DNA from: Pseudovirgaria hyperparasitica
Lineage: Eukaryota
Length of the DNA stretch: 63,891 bases
Assembly: GCA_010093815.1 (NCBI GenBank)
Contig: ML996568.1
Reading direction: 5' to 3' (one strand)
This document shows positions 26,501 to 40,400 of this stretch, one piece after another (position 1 is the stretch's first letter; the number at the start of each line of letters is the position of its first letter). The translations under genes were made by a program, and so were the position numbers. The notes under the pieces were generated by a model. That model was not told the origin of the DNA. It saw only the letters and a list, made by a program, of their open reading frames with translations, and did no database searches.

Positions 26501-29500
26501 ATACATTAAATTAGGACGTTCATAGGTTTCGTAAACTATTATCGTAAATTTATTATAGGTTTCTCACGAATTACGGCGCCGCTTAATAAACTCATAGAGA
26601 ATGGCGGTAAAATCCCTATAGGTGGGCGAGTATAGCGCAAAGCTAAGTTGGTCGAGATATAGTTAACGCCGGAAGCGCGAGATACGTTCCGATCGTTAAA
26701 GAATTACTTTATAACTACGCCGATTCTTAGGTATTTCGATCCCGAGAAGTATATTCGGGTTAAAATAGACGCATCTAGATTCGTAATTACTAGAATTATT
26801 AGTTAACCGTATAAAGATGTAAAAGATAAGGTGTAATAGTACCCGGTCGCCTTCTTTTCCTATAAAATGACGGATATAGAGACGCGTTATAATACGCACG
26901 ACTAGGAACTACTTATAATTATTAAGAGTTTTAAGCAATGGCGACATTATTTAGAAGGCTCTATATATTAGATTAAATTATTATCGGATCACGTAAATCT
27001 ACGTTACTTTATATCGACCAAGGTCCTTAATCGCCGATAAGTATATTAGGCTAAGTAGATGTTAATATTTAACTTTAAAATCTCATATAAAGCTAGAAGA
27101 GAGAATAAAGTAGATCCTCTATCATAGCGTGAAGATTACAAGAAATCGTCATAGAATAACGTAGATAGTCGGTGTAATTCAGACTATGCTATACTATAGA
27201 TACTAAAAGACTAGTTATCTAATAGAGTGCTAGAAGCTAGGACACTTTCGGCGACTCTCCGCGGGAATTAGAGCGGGCATTAAGTAATCTAAACTAACAT
27301 CTAAGAAACAGAGTAAATCCTTAAAGACTTGATTAAATCTACCTAGAATTCCGATATATTAGTAAAGAAAGTCATAAGCATAAAGGGAATAGCTATAGAA
27401 CCGCCGTGGTTGTTAAGGTGGGAACGACGATCGGACGCGATCTACTTCTAAGGCCGACTCTACGTGCCGGAGGGCGGCTTATAAATCGATGTTTTAAGGG
27501 AATAGCACGATTACGCATTAGTAGGATACTTTAGCGTTATAAGGATAGTCGATTTAATCCGAAGGACGTACGACTAGCTAGGTCTTTATAAGTATATAAA
27601 GGACTACGTAAAAACGTATAACGTTTGCTAGTATACGAAAGTATATAGACACTTACCATATAGCGAATTAAGGCCATTGCCTATGCCAAATAAGGCATGG
27701 AAAGAATTATCGATGGATTTTATCATAGATCTACCCCTAAGTAAGTGTCTTAGATATATTTATAATAGTTTACTCGTAGTTCTAGATAGATTTATAAAGA
27801 TATTATACTATATCCCTATAAGGAAGATAATCTAAGCACCGGATCTTATAGATATACTACTTCGTGACGTAGTTCGGCTCTACAGTATACCGAACGGTAT
27901 AGTTTCGGATAGAGGTCCGTAGATAACGTCCAAGTTTTAGAAGGATTTCTACTATACACTAGGAATTAAGCGGAAACTTAGTACCGTGTTCTACCTATAA
28001 ATAGATAGGTAGATAGAGCGGTAGAATTAGATAGTTAAGGCGTATTTACGCGTATATTACAACTATAAGTAAGATAACTAGGTAAGGTTGGTCTATGTCG
28101 CGGAATTCGCGTATAATAACAGCCGATATACGTTAACCCACGTAAGTCCGTTCGAAGTAAACTTTGGTCGAAACTATAAAGCGTAGTTTATGGGAACTTA
28201 GTGCAAATTAGAGTAGCCTAACGTTAAGGCGACGGAGATTACGATAGAACTATTCTAAACGTAAAGAAGCGTTATAAAGTTATTATAAGATACTATAGAT
28301 TATAGTAAATTGCACTATGATAAGGGTAGAAAGCCCATGATCTTTAATGTTAGAGACAAAGTTTTACTAAATAGTAAGAATATTCGTAGTATTAGGCCGA
28401 AGAAGAAGCTTAACTATACGATAATAGGTCTATTTAAGGTTACTCGTGTAATTAATAACCAGGCGTATAAGTTAAAACTCCCTCCCACGTTAAAGATATA
28501 TAATATATTCCATATCACGCTTCTCGAGCCATTCTATGTCTTATCGTTACCGGATCGTTCTAAATAGATATTATATAAAGTAGTTACGTAAGGAGGTGCG
28601 GATATCTACGAAGTTAAGTAGATACTAGGCTAATAACGTACCGAAGATGGCACGTAGCTATATAAAATTCGTTAGAAAGGGTATAGTCCTAACGAAGATA
28701 CTTAGGAACCCGTAATATACATTAGTAAAGCAGCGATATTAGCGTATAAGTAGCGATTAGTAAAGGAAGCCGCGGAATCGTAGAGAATTATACTAAAGTA
28801 CGGCGATTCGATATTTTTTAGTATAGTTTGGCGCTGAGGACGGCCGCCTAAAAGGAAGAAGGTGAAAGAGATATAGATCTTTAAAACATTCTAAGGAATT
28901 AAGGAACTTCCTTAGAAAGTTCGAACTTAGAACTTTAAAAAAAATTAACTAAAAAAGAGACTTAGAAAAGTGATTTACTAAGAGAAATGGACATCGAAAA
29001 TCGGTGCCAATCGGTATAGATCGGTATAGATTACTAAAGAGATTAAAGAAGTTATTATTAAAGAAAGATAAAATTAAGAAAGCTAAAATAAAATACGAAG
29101 ATCTATATAGATCTATACGAACTCGTACTAATCTATCTAGAAGAAGTAAGATTACTTTAAAATTAAAACTAAAAAAACTAAAACGCTAGATAAAAGAGAT
29201 ATATTAGTACCGATCGGTATAGATCTAAACCGATTAAGTCGGAGTAGGAGTAGAAGTACTAATTACCGCGATGGTTATATCTAATTCCTTCTACTAGTTC
29301 TTATTTAGTATAGTATAGAGCTTTATAATATAAGTCTCCAGCCTTTCATTCCGATACTATAAATTCTATATAGCGCGCCTTATAGCTATAAACTCCTCTA
29401 TAGAAACCTATAGAGCGGCGGAACCCGGGATAGAGAGGGACGGACCGGCGCGGGCACGCTAAGAATTATATAAATCAGCGAAAAGATTTAACGATCGGTA

Positions 29501-30928
29501 TAGAACCACATACCGTTAGTATAGAAACTTCTAGATTAGAGCTATCTTCCCTAAATTTACGGCTCTTTAGCACGCGCGAGGAAGGAACCTTAGCCTTTTT
29601 ACTAGAACCTTTTCTAGGAATTCTAATATCACCAGTATATAGAAAGAAGTCCGAAGGAGCAGAGATTTTAGCACTATTATAGAGATTAATATATATTAGT
29701 AAGAATCTATAACGATTTAAGAAAAACGATATTACCTAGTAATCGCGGTAATAATAGCTATAGTAGATTCCGATAAACCCTTACGGATCTTATTAGAATC
29801 GTACTCCTAGGCGTAACCCTTACCTTAGGTATATAGCTCGTAGAAAGCCTTCTCTAAGGTGTTGCGATCGGTAGTACCACGCTCCTTATTAGTAGGGGTC
29901 ACTAGAGGCCTAGTAGTAATCTATACCGATATAAGTAAATCTATATAAAGTTCTTCGAACTTACTTAAATACCTATAAGTAATAACGCTTCTTAGTTATA
30001 TAAGTGCCGTATATTATAGATTTAGTACTGCCGTGAGTAATATACGACGGAAAGCGATAACCATAATAATATATAGCTAGATTATTAGAGCCCGGCCTAG
30101 GTTAGGGTAGATCGATAGCTTTCGACATGTCGGTAACGTATACGAGATAGGGATTATTCGAAGGCGCCTATTTCCGCGCTAATTACTTTAGAGCGTTAAG
30201 ATTTCGGGAAACTATATTACGATTATTATTGATTTATGCGGATTATTACGAATTATATTATTACTAGCTAAGGACGGTATAAAAATTAGTAAATTACGCT
30301 AAATCGTACTAAATAGTAGTAAATCTATATAAATCTATGTCTATAAGGATCGGGTAATATATCTAATAATCTAAAAAACTCTATAAAGAGTTGAGAAGTT
30401 TTTTAAAGAAAGGAATATTTCTAAGAAAAGATTTTAATATAGGTAGTACCCGGGCTTACCTAATTACATTACGTGATACGCTAGGCCTAATTAGGTAATC
30501 TTACCTATATAAGAAGTTAAGATGGATAAAATCTAGTTTATTAGAAAAACGCTTGTATGAATCTTAGATCGGCGAATATCGGTAAGTATCTAAGACGAAG
30601 CGTAGAGAACGACTAAGGTCTTACGAGACTTAGGATGGGGATATAGGGATAGGTAACGATCTAGGTCGCTAAGGGCAGCTTCCTAGAGGGAAGGGATAAT
30701 TATTAGGACTTAGCCTTAGGTAGGACCCGACCTACACGTACCTTAGCTAATAGGGTTAGGAGGTGACGTAAAGGGCGGTAAATAGTTACGTGCTAGATAG
30801 ATCGGCGTCCCTTTATATATATACTCTCGGATTCCTACCGAAAGGGTTCGGTAGTAATTCGTTCTATGATAGAATACACCCTATTGTTCTATCTAGCTAT
30901 ACTACTATCTAACTACCCTATTCTTATA
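23543..30928 (+). mobile_element. Ty3/Gypsy chromovirus copy A, full length (7386 bp), RIP-inactivated
   Basis: 228-bp LTRs at 23543-23770 (TG..CA) and 30701-30928, TSD AGTAA, PPT AGAGGGAAGGG. Domains: gag zinc knuckle ~25057, protease ALVDT ~25256, [24 protein letters not shown] ~25937 and YLDN(D) ~26276, RNase H, integrase HHCC ~27507, GPY/F ~28400, chromodomain YEVK..KGYSPNEDT(W)EP ~28607-28712. Stops are TAA/TAG, as expected from RIP. Confidence 0.95.
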
Positions 30929-31181
30929 AGTAATATTAAAATTTCTAAAAAAGGTTCTAGTAAAAAGGCTAAGGTTCCTTCCTTACGTATACTAAAGAGC
31001 TATAAATTTAGAAAAGATAGCTCTAATCTAGAAGTTTCTATACTAAAGATATATAGTTCTATACTAATTATTAAATCTTTTTACTAATTTATATAATTCT
31101 TAGCGTACCTACGCTAGTCTATCTCTCTCTATTCCGGGTTCTACCGCTCTATAGGTTTCTATAGAGAAGTTTATAGCTATA

Positions 31182-34100
31182 ATAATAATAATAATAATAA
31201 TATTAGTAAACTAGGTAGAGTACCACTCTATAGGCGCATGCCTCCTCTAGTCTAAGCTACTATATAAGAAGAAACCTACGAATAGGAAAAACTCCCTTAT
31301 ATCCATAACTACGCTCTATCTATCCTCTCGTTCTTTATATATATATAGCCCTAGGGGCTACCTATAGGCCTATAGTCTATATTATAATAGTTTACCCTTA
31401 GGTAGCACGTATAGATATGGAGATTATTAGTTAAGGGCTACCCTTAACTAATAATCGCGGTTCTCCTAGGGTTCTTCCGACGTATACCGGGGTTCTTCTA
31501 GTATATATTAGGCTTCTTCTAGTATATATACGCGGGTCTACTAGAACTAGGGGAGAGAAAGATATATAAGTATCTATCGGGCGACGTCCTTAGAGTACTT
31601 ATTAAGCTATCGCGTAATATTAGAGGTCCTCGTTATACGGACGAGGGCTTATCTTAGGGTATAGAGGCTAGAGTACGTCACGAGGTAGTAGTATATTATA
31701 CCTCTCCGGCCGTAGTCCTCGTACTAGGGAGATATATCTAGGACGCCTCTCTAGTAGAGGTAATATAGGAGACCTATAGCGCCTATTCGGGCTTAGAGGA
31801 GTATAGATACTTAGGCCTTCGTTAGCCCTTTATATATCTATTTACTTAGTTCCTTCTAAGGCCCTCGGATCTATTCTAGATATCTATTCTATTAGAAGGC
31901 CTACTAGGCTTTAAGTATCTCCCTCTATTTATTCTAGATCTACGACTATATAACGCGGCTAAGCTTCTTAGGGCTCTATTAGCTCGGGACGGTATCCGGG
32001 TTATTTTAAACCTTCTATATAGTCTAGCTCGAGTCCGCCTCTATATAGTATTTATATTATACTTAAGTTTATTCTATAGTAGGGAGGGCCTAGTAATATA
32101 CGCGGATACGTGTACGTAGTATAGCGAAGGTATATACCCTATCTTCTCCACGTTCTTATACTTATTATTTAGTAAAGTATATAAGTCTCTATATCTAGTA
32201 GAAGTTCTATATACTTATTACATTTATCTCGCGTTAGAGAAGTATCGTGTTAGTAGCTTTATATATACCGGAGATAAGGCGGAGTATATAGTTTTATATA
32301 GACTTAAGCTTTACCTACTAAGCTTATATAAGGGCCGTATACTAGTACTCGTATCTATATATAAAGGCTAGGCGTGCTAGGGAGACGTATAGCTATCTCG
32401 CCTTATCCCGGGCTATTCCCTATATAGATACCGTAATCTAGCGTATAGCGGTTTCTACCTAGAGGGCTCTAGAGATAGCGTATGCTACCTATGGTCTCTA
32501 TTTTAGCTTATTATTAATTATAACGCTAAGTGCGCGTATACTCTATACTAGTAGTTCTATAAAGGCGTTGATTTAGGGGCGACGTGCCCCCTCCCTAGTA
32601 GTCTATCCTCTATAGTAGTTAATAAAGTATATAAGCTAGTATTTTTTAGGTGTGAATTTTACTCCGTGGCGCTTTATCTACTAGATGCATTTCTCGTGGT
32701 CTCGTTCGAGTCGTGTATATATTCTACTAGTACTACTATCGACTATAAGGAGGTATATATTATCCGCGTATCCGACTATCTCTATATATTCTATTCTCTA
32801 AAGAAGGTCTACTATAAAGAAGAGGAAGAGGATTAGGGAGATAGTACTCCCTTACGGGATACCGTATACCGTCTCCTTATATTTACTTTAGTATCTAGAG
32901 ATATATATTTAAGTAGTCCTTTACGCGAGGAAGGACTATATAAATTATATAATCTACTTAGGTATTCGCCTTATCCGGAGGTTATAGATAAGTCTTATAT
33001 AGTTTACCTTATTAAACGCCTCTACTATGTCTAGGGAGAGTAGCGTAACGACTCGTCCTTATTTCTATATAGTCTAGATAACCTTAAGGATATATTAAAT
33101 AGCTATAATTAGGGAGCTTCCTACCTTCGCCTTCTAGTTTACTAGGAGAAGGCCGTGTACCTATACTACTATACTTATCTTCTTAGTAATTATAGCTTCT
33201 AGTACCTTACTAAGGTAGGAGAGGAGGGCGATCGGCCTCTATCCCTTTAGCGTATTTAGGCTCTTCCCTAGTTTTAGAAGTATAACTATATATATAGTTC
33301 GGAAGCTCTATAGATAGTATCCTATACGGGCGCACGCTCGGAATATATAGCCTATAATTAGTAAGGTCGCCTATATAGTCCTCTTAAGGCATCGATTCGG
33401 AATTCTATCTAGCCCGGGCGCTTTATTATTTAGGAGTGTCTTAATAGCGCCGAGTATATTATTATCCGTGATTTCCCTAGGGATACTTACGGCTTCCGGG
33501 TATTCCGTACTATTAATATCTAATAGATCTATAAGTTCTAGGAGAGGGAATATAACCTCTTATAGAATCTCTATTTTCTCGAGGCTTATAGAGTATATCT
33601 TTTCTTAATATATAAGAGGGGGTATAAGTGGTATAGGTATCGGGGAGGCGGTACTTTTAGCCTATTTTACTATATACTATAGTCTAGTAGTATTACGTAT
33701 ATATCTATCCGTAACTATACACTACTATTTACGTTACTTATTACGGAGGACTTTATCTTATTATCTTCTTACCTCTCTCTATTTATCCCACGCTTTAGAT
33801 ATACGGTTATAGTATACGCGTCTATATAATCTCCGGACTTCTCGCCTATACTCTTATACTTAAGATATACTTTTCGGGTCTAGGGGTCTATATATTTAGT
33901 ACGGCATATATTTATCTCTTACTTCCTAGTACGCCTATAGGAGTATATTCACGGCCTAGTTAATAGCCGGGCCATTAGATACGTTAACTATAGACGGGTC
34001 TAGGATCATTAATTCTAGGTCCTTTAGGTACTTTTCCTAGTTAGTATTCTTCTATAGCTATCGCCCTCATTAGTCTTAAGGGGTAGATATATCTATTACG

Positions 34101-36486
34101 GTCTCTATATATTCATGGTCGGAGTCTATCTATATAAGGCTTAGGCGGTAGTATTAAGTCCTATTATAAATATATCTAGTGGCTAGGGTAAGGTCGAGTG
34201 TAGATCCGCCCTTATCTTATTTATATTTTCGCTAGGTAATCTATTCTACTAGTATAAGAAGATATAGAAAGCCGTAGTATTAGGTACGTAGTTCTCTAGC
34301 TCGAAGCTCTTCGCGGGTAACGGTTAGTCTACCCTACTAGCTATAATAGAGGTTAAAGTCTCCTAGAAGGATATATTATTCTAGCTCGGTGGTACCCTTA
34401 AGTATATTATCCGCCTAAAGTAATCGGTTCTAATTATATATATTATATATATAGAGGGGTCCGATATTCGTCTAGAGGTATAGTATTATCCGGAGGTTAT
34501 CCCGTTTAGTATACGACTATAATAAGAGTAGAATAGACTTATAGACATAGAAGAGGACTCTCCTCTCCGGTCCTAGGGGGTGTATTATATAATATTCTAG
34601 GTGTGTTATTAGTTTATTCGTCTAGTAGTATTTATATAGCTCCTATATAGCGAGTATTATAGCTTCGGTCTCCTCGAGGAGTATCGCCTAGTTCTTACGT
34701 TTATACTATACGTTTATCTATATAATTAGAAGTACGTCTTAGTCTCTCATTAGGTACTAGAGAATATATAGGCCTATATATTCGTTCTACTAAGACGCGA
34801 CTATCCTTATACGGCGGCGGCCTTAGTAATTTCTTAGGGCCGTTCTATTATTAGCTTTCTCGGGATGGTTTACTATTCCTAACCGCTTCCTTATAAGGAG
34901 GTAGTCTATAGTAGTAGTATTATAGTAAAGAGAGGAACGGTAGTAGGTCGTATAGTTTATAGCTACCTTACTCCCTTTATCCGGATTAAGTAGATATATT
35001 TAGTAATCTATTTACGTTTCGCGCACGTAGCCGACTACGATAGGTACTTACCGTCGTAGTTAGAGTACTTTACCATGTCCCTATCTCTTTAGCTCTCTCC
35101 TCGTATCCCGTAGGGGCACTCCTAGGTACTATATTCTTATTAATACTACCTATATCTAGTCTTTTAGAAGTACCGCTATGCCGTATACCTATATCTCTAA
35201 TAGTTAAAGTACTATATTATCGCCTATGCTCTATCCCATGGTTCCGCTATAAGAAGCTCCCCTTCTACTAGGAATCCCTCTTATATAATTTAATACGCGA
35301 GGGTAGGGTCTTTAAGCTCCACTATTATAGTAGAGTATACCTTTAATCTAGTTTTAATCCCTTATATATTCTTCTACCATGCTCTTATAATCTTAATCCC
35401 TAGGTATTTTCGCTCGTTTAACTATTCTATCCGTGTAATATCCTCTTCTCCGATAACCTATCCGCTTATAGATATAGAGTATATCTATATTAGGTATATG
35501 GCCGCCCTAATAGAGGCGCCTAGAAAGATACTACTAATCGCGTTTAGATCGCGCGAGATAGTCTACTACACGATATTCGTTATTATAGTAAGTACTACTC
35601 CTTCTAGTATAAGTTTAGCGGCGATAATATTTAACTATATTCCCTTTTATTCGTTAATCTTACTTACTATATTCTTTAGGGATACTTACTAGACCTATAC
35701 TAGGGTATCCTTATCCTAGATTATAACGTGTATACTATATACCGTGTCGCCGGTCTAGGGGGCCCGTAGTATAGCCTCCGGTATTACTACTATTTATACC
35801 TATATACTAGGGCGCTTACCTTAAGTAAGTTCCTCCTAGATTCTACGTAGGCTAGCCTCTATTTAGTTAAGCCTACCCTCCGGTCCTTCTAGTTATATCT
35901 TCTTCTTCTCCTCTATAATTCCCTTTAGATTCCGGATAAGGTCCTAGAATATATATAGGAGGGTCTTCTAGCCCTCTCTAGCTTCCTTCTCTATATATAC
36001 TATCTAGTAGTTAATATAATCTAGGAGGGTTTCCCCTCTTAGGGTCCCCTTTATTCCGTCTATCTATAGCGGCGTGCGCCTTTAGGTATATTCTACGTTT
36101 TAGATAGATATATAGTTACCCTTAGTAATATTACTATATAGCCTTTTCTATCGTACTAGTAGGGGTATATCCGGTATATACTAGGGTATATTAGTACCTA
36201 AGGCCGCTATATTTATTAGTTAAGGGCTACCCTTAACTAATAAAAGGGGGTCGGTATATTAGCGTTCTAGTAGCGTGGTCCGTGCCTCTATCTCTGTAAG
36301 GATTTTAAGAGGGTATATATATATCTTTATACGGCGATAACGTCTTAGTTTCGACGCTACACGTACGTGCGTATAGTAGTAGTTAGTGTACTCGGTATAC
36401 TCTATTAATTAAGGTATATATCTCGCTATATTACCCCGAATAGACTAAGTTAGCCTCTTAGGGATGTAAAAGTTATAGTATCGTCT
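31182..36486 (-). mobile_element. Full-length Tad1-like LINE L1 (subfamily 1), RIP-inactivated
   Basis: (AAT)n tail at the left end; 15-bp TSD AAGTTTATAGCTATA (31167-31181 / 36487-36501). ORF1 and the APE-RT ORF2 are colinear with L2. Confidence 0.9.
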
Positions 36487-37419
36487 AAGTTTATAGCTAT
36501 ATAATATACTATATAGAATTTATAGTATTAGAATAAAAGGCTAGAGACTTATATTATAAAGCTCTATACTATACTAAATAAGAACTAGTAGAAGGAATTA
36601 GATATAATTATCGCGGTAATTAGTACTTCTACTTCTACTCCGACTTAATTAGTTTAGATCTATACTAATTAGTACTAATATATCTCTTTTATCTAGTATT
36701 TTTAGTTTTTTAGTTTTAATTTTAAAGTAATCTTACTTCTTCTAGATAGATTAGTATAAGTTTATATAGATTTATATAGATCTTTATATTTTCTTTTAGC
36801 TTTCTTAATTTTATCTTTCTTTAATAATAACTTCTTTAGTCTCTTTAGTAATCTATACGAATCTATACCGATTAGTACCGATTTTTAATATCTATTTCTC
36901 TTAGTAAATTATTTTTCTAAGTCTCTTTTTTAGTTAAATTTTTAAAGTTCTAAGTTTAAACTTTCTAAGGGAGTTCTAAGTTCGAACTTTCTAAGGAAGT
37001 TTCTTAATTTCTTAGAATATTTTAAAGATCTATATCTCTTTTACCTTCTTCCTTTTAGATAGCTATCCTTAGTACTAAACTATACTAAAAAAATATTAAA
37101 TTACTATACTTTAGTATAATTCTCTATAATTCCGCGGCTTTCTTTACTAATTACTACTTATATACTAATATCGCTACTTTACTAATATTTATTATAGGTT
37201 TCTAAGTATCTTTATTAGAATTATATTCTTTCTAATAAATTTTATATAGCTATATACTATCTTTAGCGCGTTACTAGCTAAGTATCTACTTAACTTTATA
37301 GATATCTATATCTTCTTATATAACTACTTTATATAGTATCTATTTAGAATAATCTAGTAATAATAAGATATAAAATAGCTCGAGAAGCGTAATATAGAAT
37401 ATATTATATATCTTTAATA

Positions 37420-40400
37420 AAACTTAAACTTCTTATACTCTAACGGACTAAACTAGTTAATTCGGGGTAAAACAGCGATTTATATACATTAAACGATAGA
37501 GTATACCGAGTATAACAACCTCCGACATATATATATACGTGTAGTATATAATACGCGACGATACCGACGTATAGAGATACTATATATATACGCTTAAAGA
37601 TTCTTCGATAATATAAGCATAGACTATATCTAATAAATACTAACACGCTAACCCCCTTTTATTAGTTAAGGGCTACCCTTAACTAATAATTATAGCGGCC
37701 TTAGATACTAACGTACCCCGGCTTCCACCGGGTATATCCCTAATACTAGTACGGTAGAAACGGCCATATAGCGGTATATCCTAGAATAATTAAACCCCCG
37801 TCTAATAAACGACGAATAACTAAGGGCGTATAACGCTATAGATAATAGAGATAGAGGGGACCCTACCCGGGGAGACCCTCCTAGATAAGATTAACTACTA
37901 GATAGTATATATAGAGAGGGAAGTCGAGAAGAGAGAAATAGCCCTCCTTAGTATCTTTCGGAACCTTATCTAGAATATTAGAGAGCTTACCGTAGGAGTA
38001 AAATAGGCGCTAGAATTAGACCTAGAATCTAGACTAGATTATATAGAGGCTAGCCTATAGAGGATCTAGGAGGGCCTTACCTAGGGAAAACGCCCTAGCA
38101 CGTAGGTATAGGTCGCCGCATCTATAAACGGAATAGCTATGTTAGCTAAAATACTAAGGGCACCTATAGACGGGGTATATAGTATATAAGTTACTATCTA
38201 GGATAAAGAAGTACTTATATAAGTCTAGTAAGCGTCCCTAAAGGATATTATAAATAAGATTAATAAATAGAAAGGGATATAGTTAAATATAGTAGCCGCT
38301 AAACTTACCCTAGAAGATATAGTACTAACTACTACTACTAACACGGCCTAGTAGACTATCTCGCGTAACCCGAACGCGATTAACGATATCTTCCCTAGCG
38401 CGTCCGTCCGCGTAACCACGTACCCGATATAGATATATACTATCCCCGTCTAAGGACACGTTATTAGAGAAGATAATATTAAGCGAATAGAGTAATCTAA
38501 CGAACCGAAGTACCCTAGAATTAAGATCGTGAAGGCGTGGTAGAAGAACGTCTAAGGGATTAAGATAAAATTAAAAAAGTACTCTACTATAATAGTAGAG
38601 CTTAGGGACCCCGCTCTCGTCTATAGAATAATATAGGAGGGCTTCCTAGCCGAAGAAGAGCTACTTATAGCGGAACTATAGGATAGAGCATAGATAATAA
38701 CGTAATACTTTAACTATTAGGGATATAGATATACTAGATAGAGATACTCTTAGAAGACCGCCTATAGATAGTATAAATAGGGCTATAATACTAAGGAATA
38801 CCCTTATAAGACGTAGAGCGACGAGACGCGAGATAGGGATACTACTAAGTACTCTAACTACGACGGGAAACATCTATCCTAGTCAATAACATATACGAAA
38901 CATAAGTAGGTCGTAGAATATATTAACGCGATAAAGATAAGAGAAGTAAGGTAGATATACTAAGCTATAAGGCCCTCGCTGCCCTCGCCGCTATCCCTAA
39001 CTTTACTTATAAATCTAGTAACCACCCCCTAAAGGGGAGAGGATAACGTGTAATAGTATACTATATAGAGAAAGATAGGCCGACCCTAGAGTATACTTAA
39101 AGCCGCTACCGCGCGAGAATAATCACGCCTTAGCGCCACTAATATATAGACTCGAACTTTCCCTAGCACCTAATAAGGGTATAAGATATACTTATTATTA
39201 TATAGGCGAACGTATAATATAAATAAGAAAACTAAGCGACGCTTCTAGAAGAAATAGGAGCCGTAATAATAGCTATCTAGGAACTATATAAACACTACTA
39301 AACTAATAAGCTAATAATACACCTAGAATACTATACCATCTACCCTATAGGCCCGGATAGGAGAGTTATATTTTATATATATAAGTTGATCCCGCTCTTA
39401 GAATAGTCTTATACCGAATCTAATAACCTCTAGATAACACTATATCTCTAGATAAGTATAGGGCCTATCCATATCTATAATATCTATAATTAATAGCGAT
39501 CGCTTACGCTAGATAATATACTAGAGGGTACTATAACGCCGGGATAATATATCCTCCTAGGCGACTTTAATCTCTACTATAGGTAGTAGAGAGGCCTAGC
39601 TATCGCGAGAGAAGAACTTAGAGTAAGGGAACTATATATACGGTGCCACGACTTCCTATACCTCCTTATATCTATAGGGTAGATTATCTAGAGGAAATAT
39701 AAATAGGATAAGGACGGGTCTACGCTCGACCTTACCCTTACTACCGAGTATATTAGCTATAGAGTATAGTACTACCGCCCGAGCCGGATATAGACGGACT
39801 CCGACCATAAATATATAGAAACCGTAATAGATATCTCTACTCTTAACGAATAATATAGAAAATAGCTATAGAAGGATACTAATTAGGATAAATACCTAGA
39901 GGACCTAGAATCGGCGATTCTAGACCCCTCTATAGTTAACGTATCTAACGGCCTAGCTATAGATAAGGCCGTGTAAGTCCTCCTTTAAGTATACTAAGCC
40001 ACGAGAGATAAATATATACTATACCGAATATATAGACCCCTAGAAGCGAGGGGTATACCTTAAATACGAGAGTATAGAAGAGACGCCCGTAGACTATATA
40101 CACGTATATACTATATCCGGATAACTAAGGCGTAGGAAGAGTAGAAGGAAGTAGTACGATATCGTAATAGGGCCCTCCGTAATAAATAATAAAAGTAATA
40201 GTATATAATTACTAATAAATACACACGGTAAGCCGTAGAGCTATAGTATATAGTAAAGTAGGCTAAGGGTATAGACGCGCCGATACCGCCACCACTAATA
40301 CCTCCCCTAATATACTAAGAGAGAATATACTCTATAAGCCCGGAGAAGACGGAGATCTTATATAAAGTTATATTCCCCCTTCTAGAGCTAGTAGACCTAT

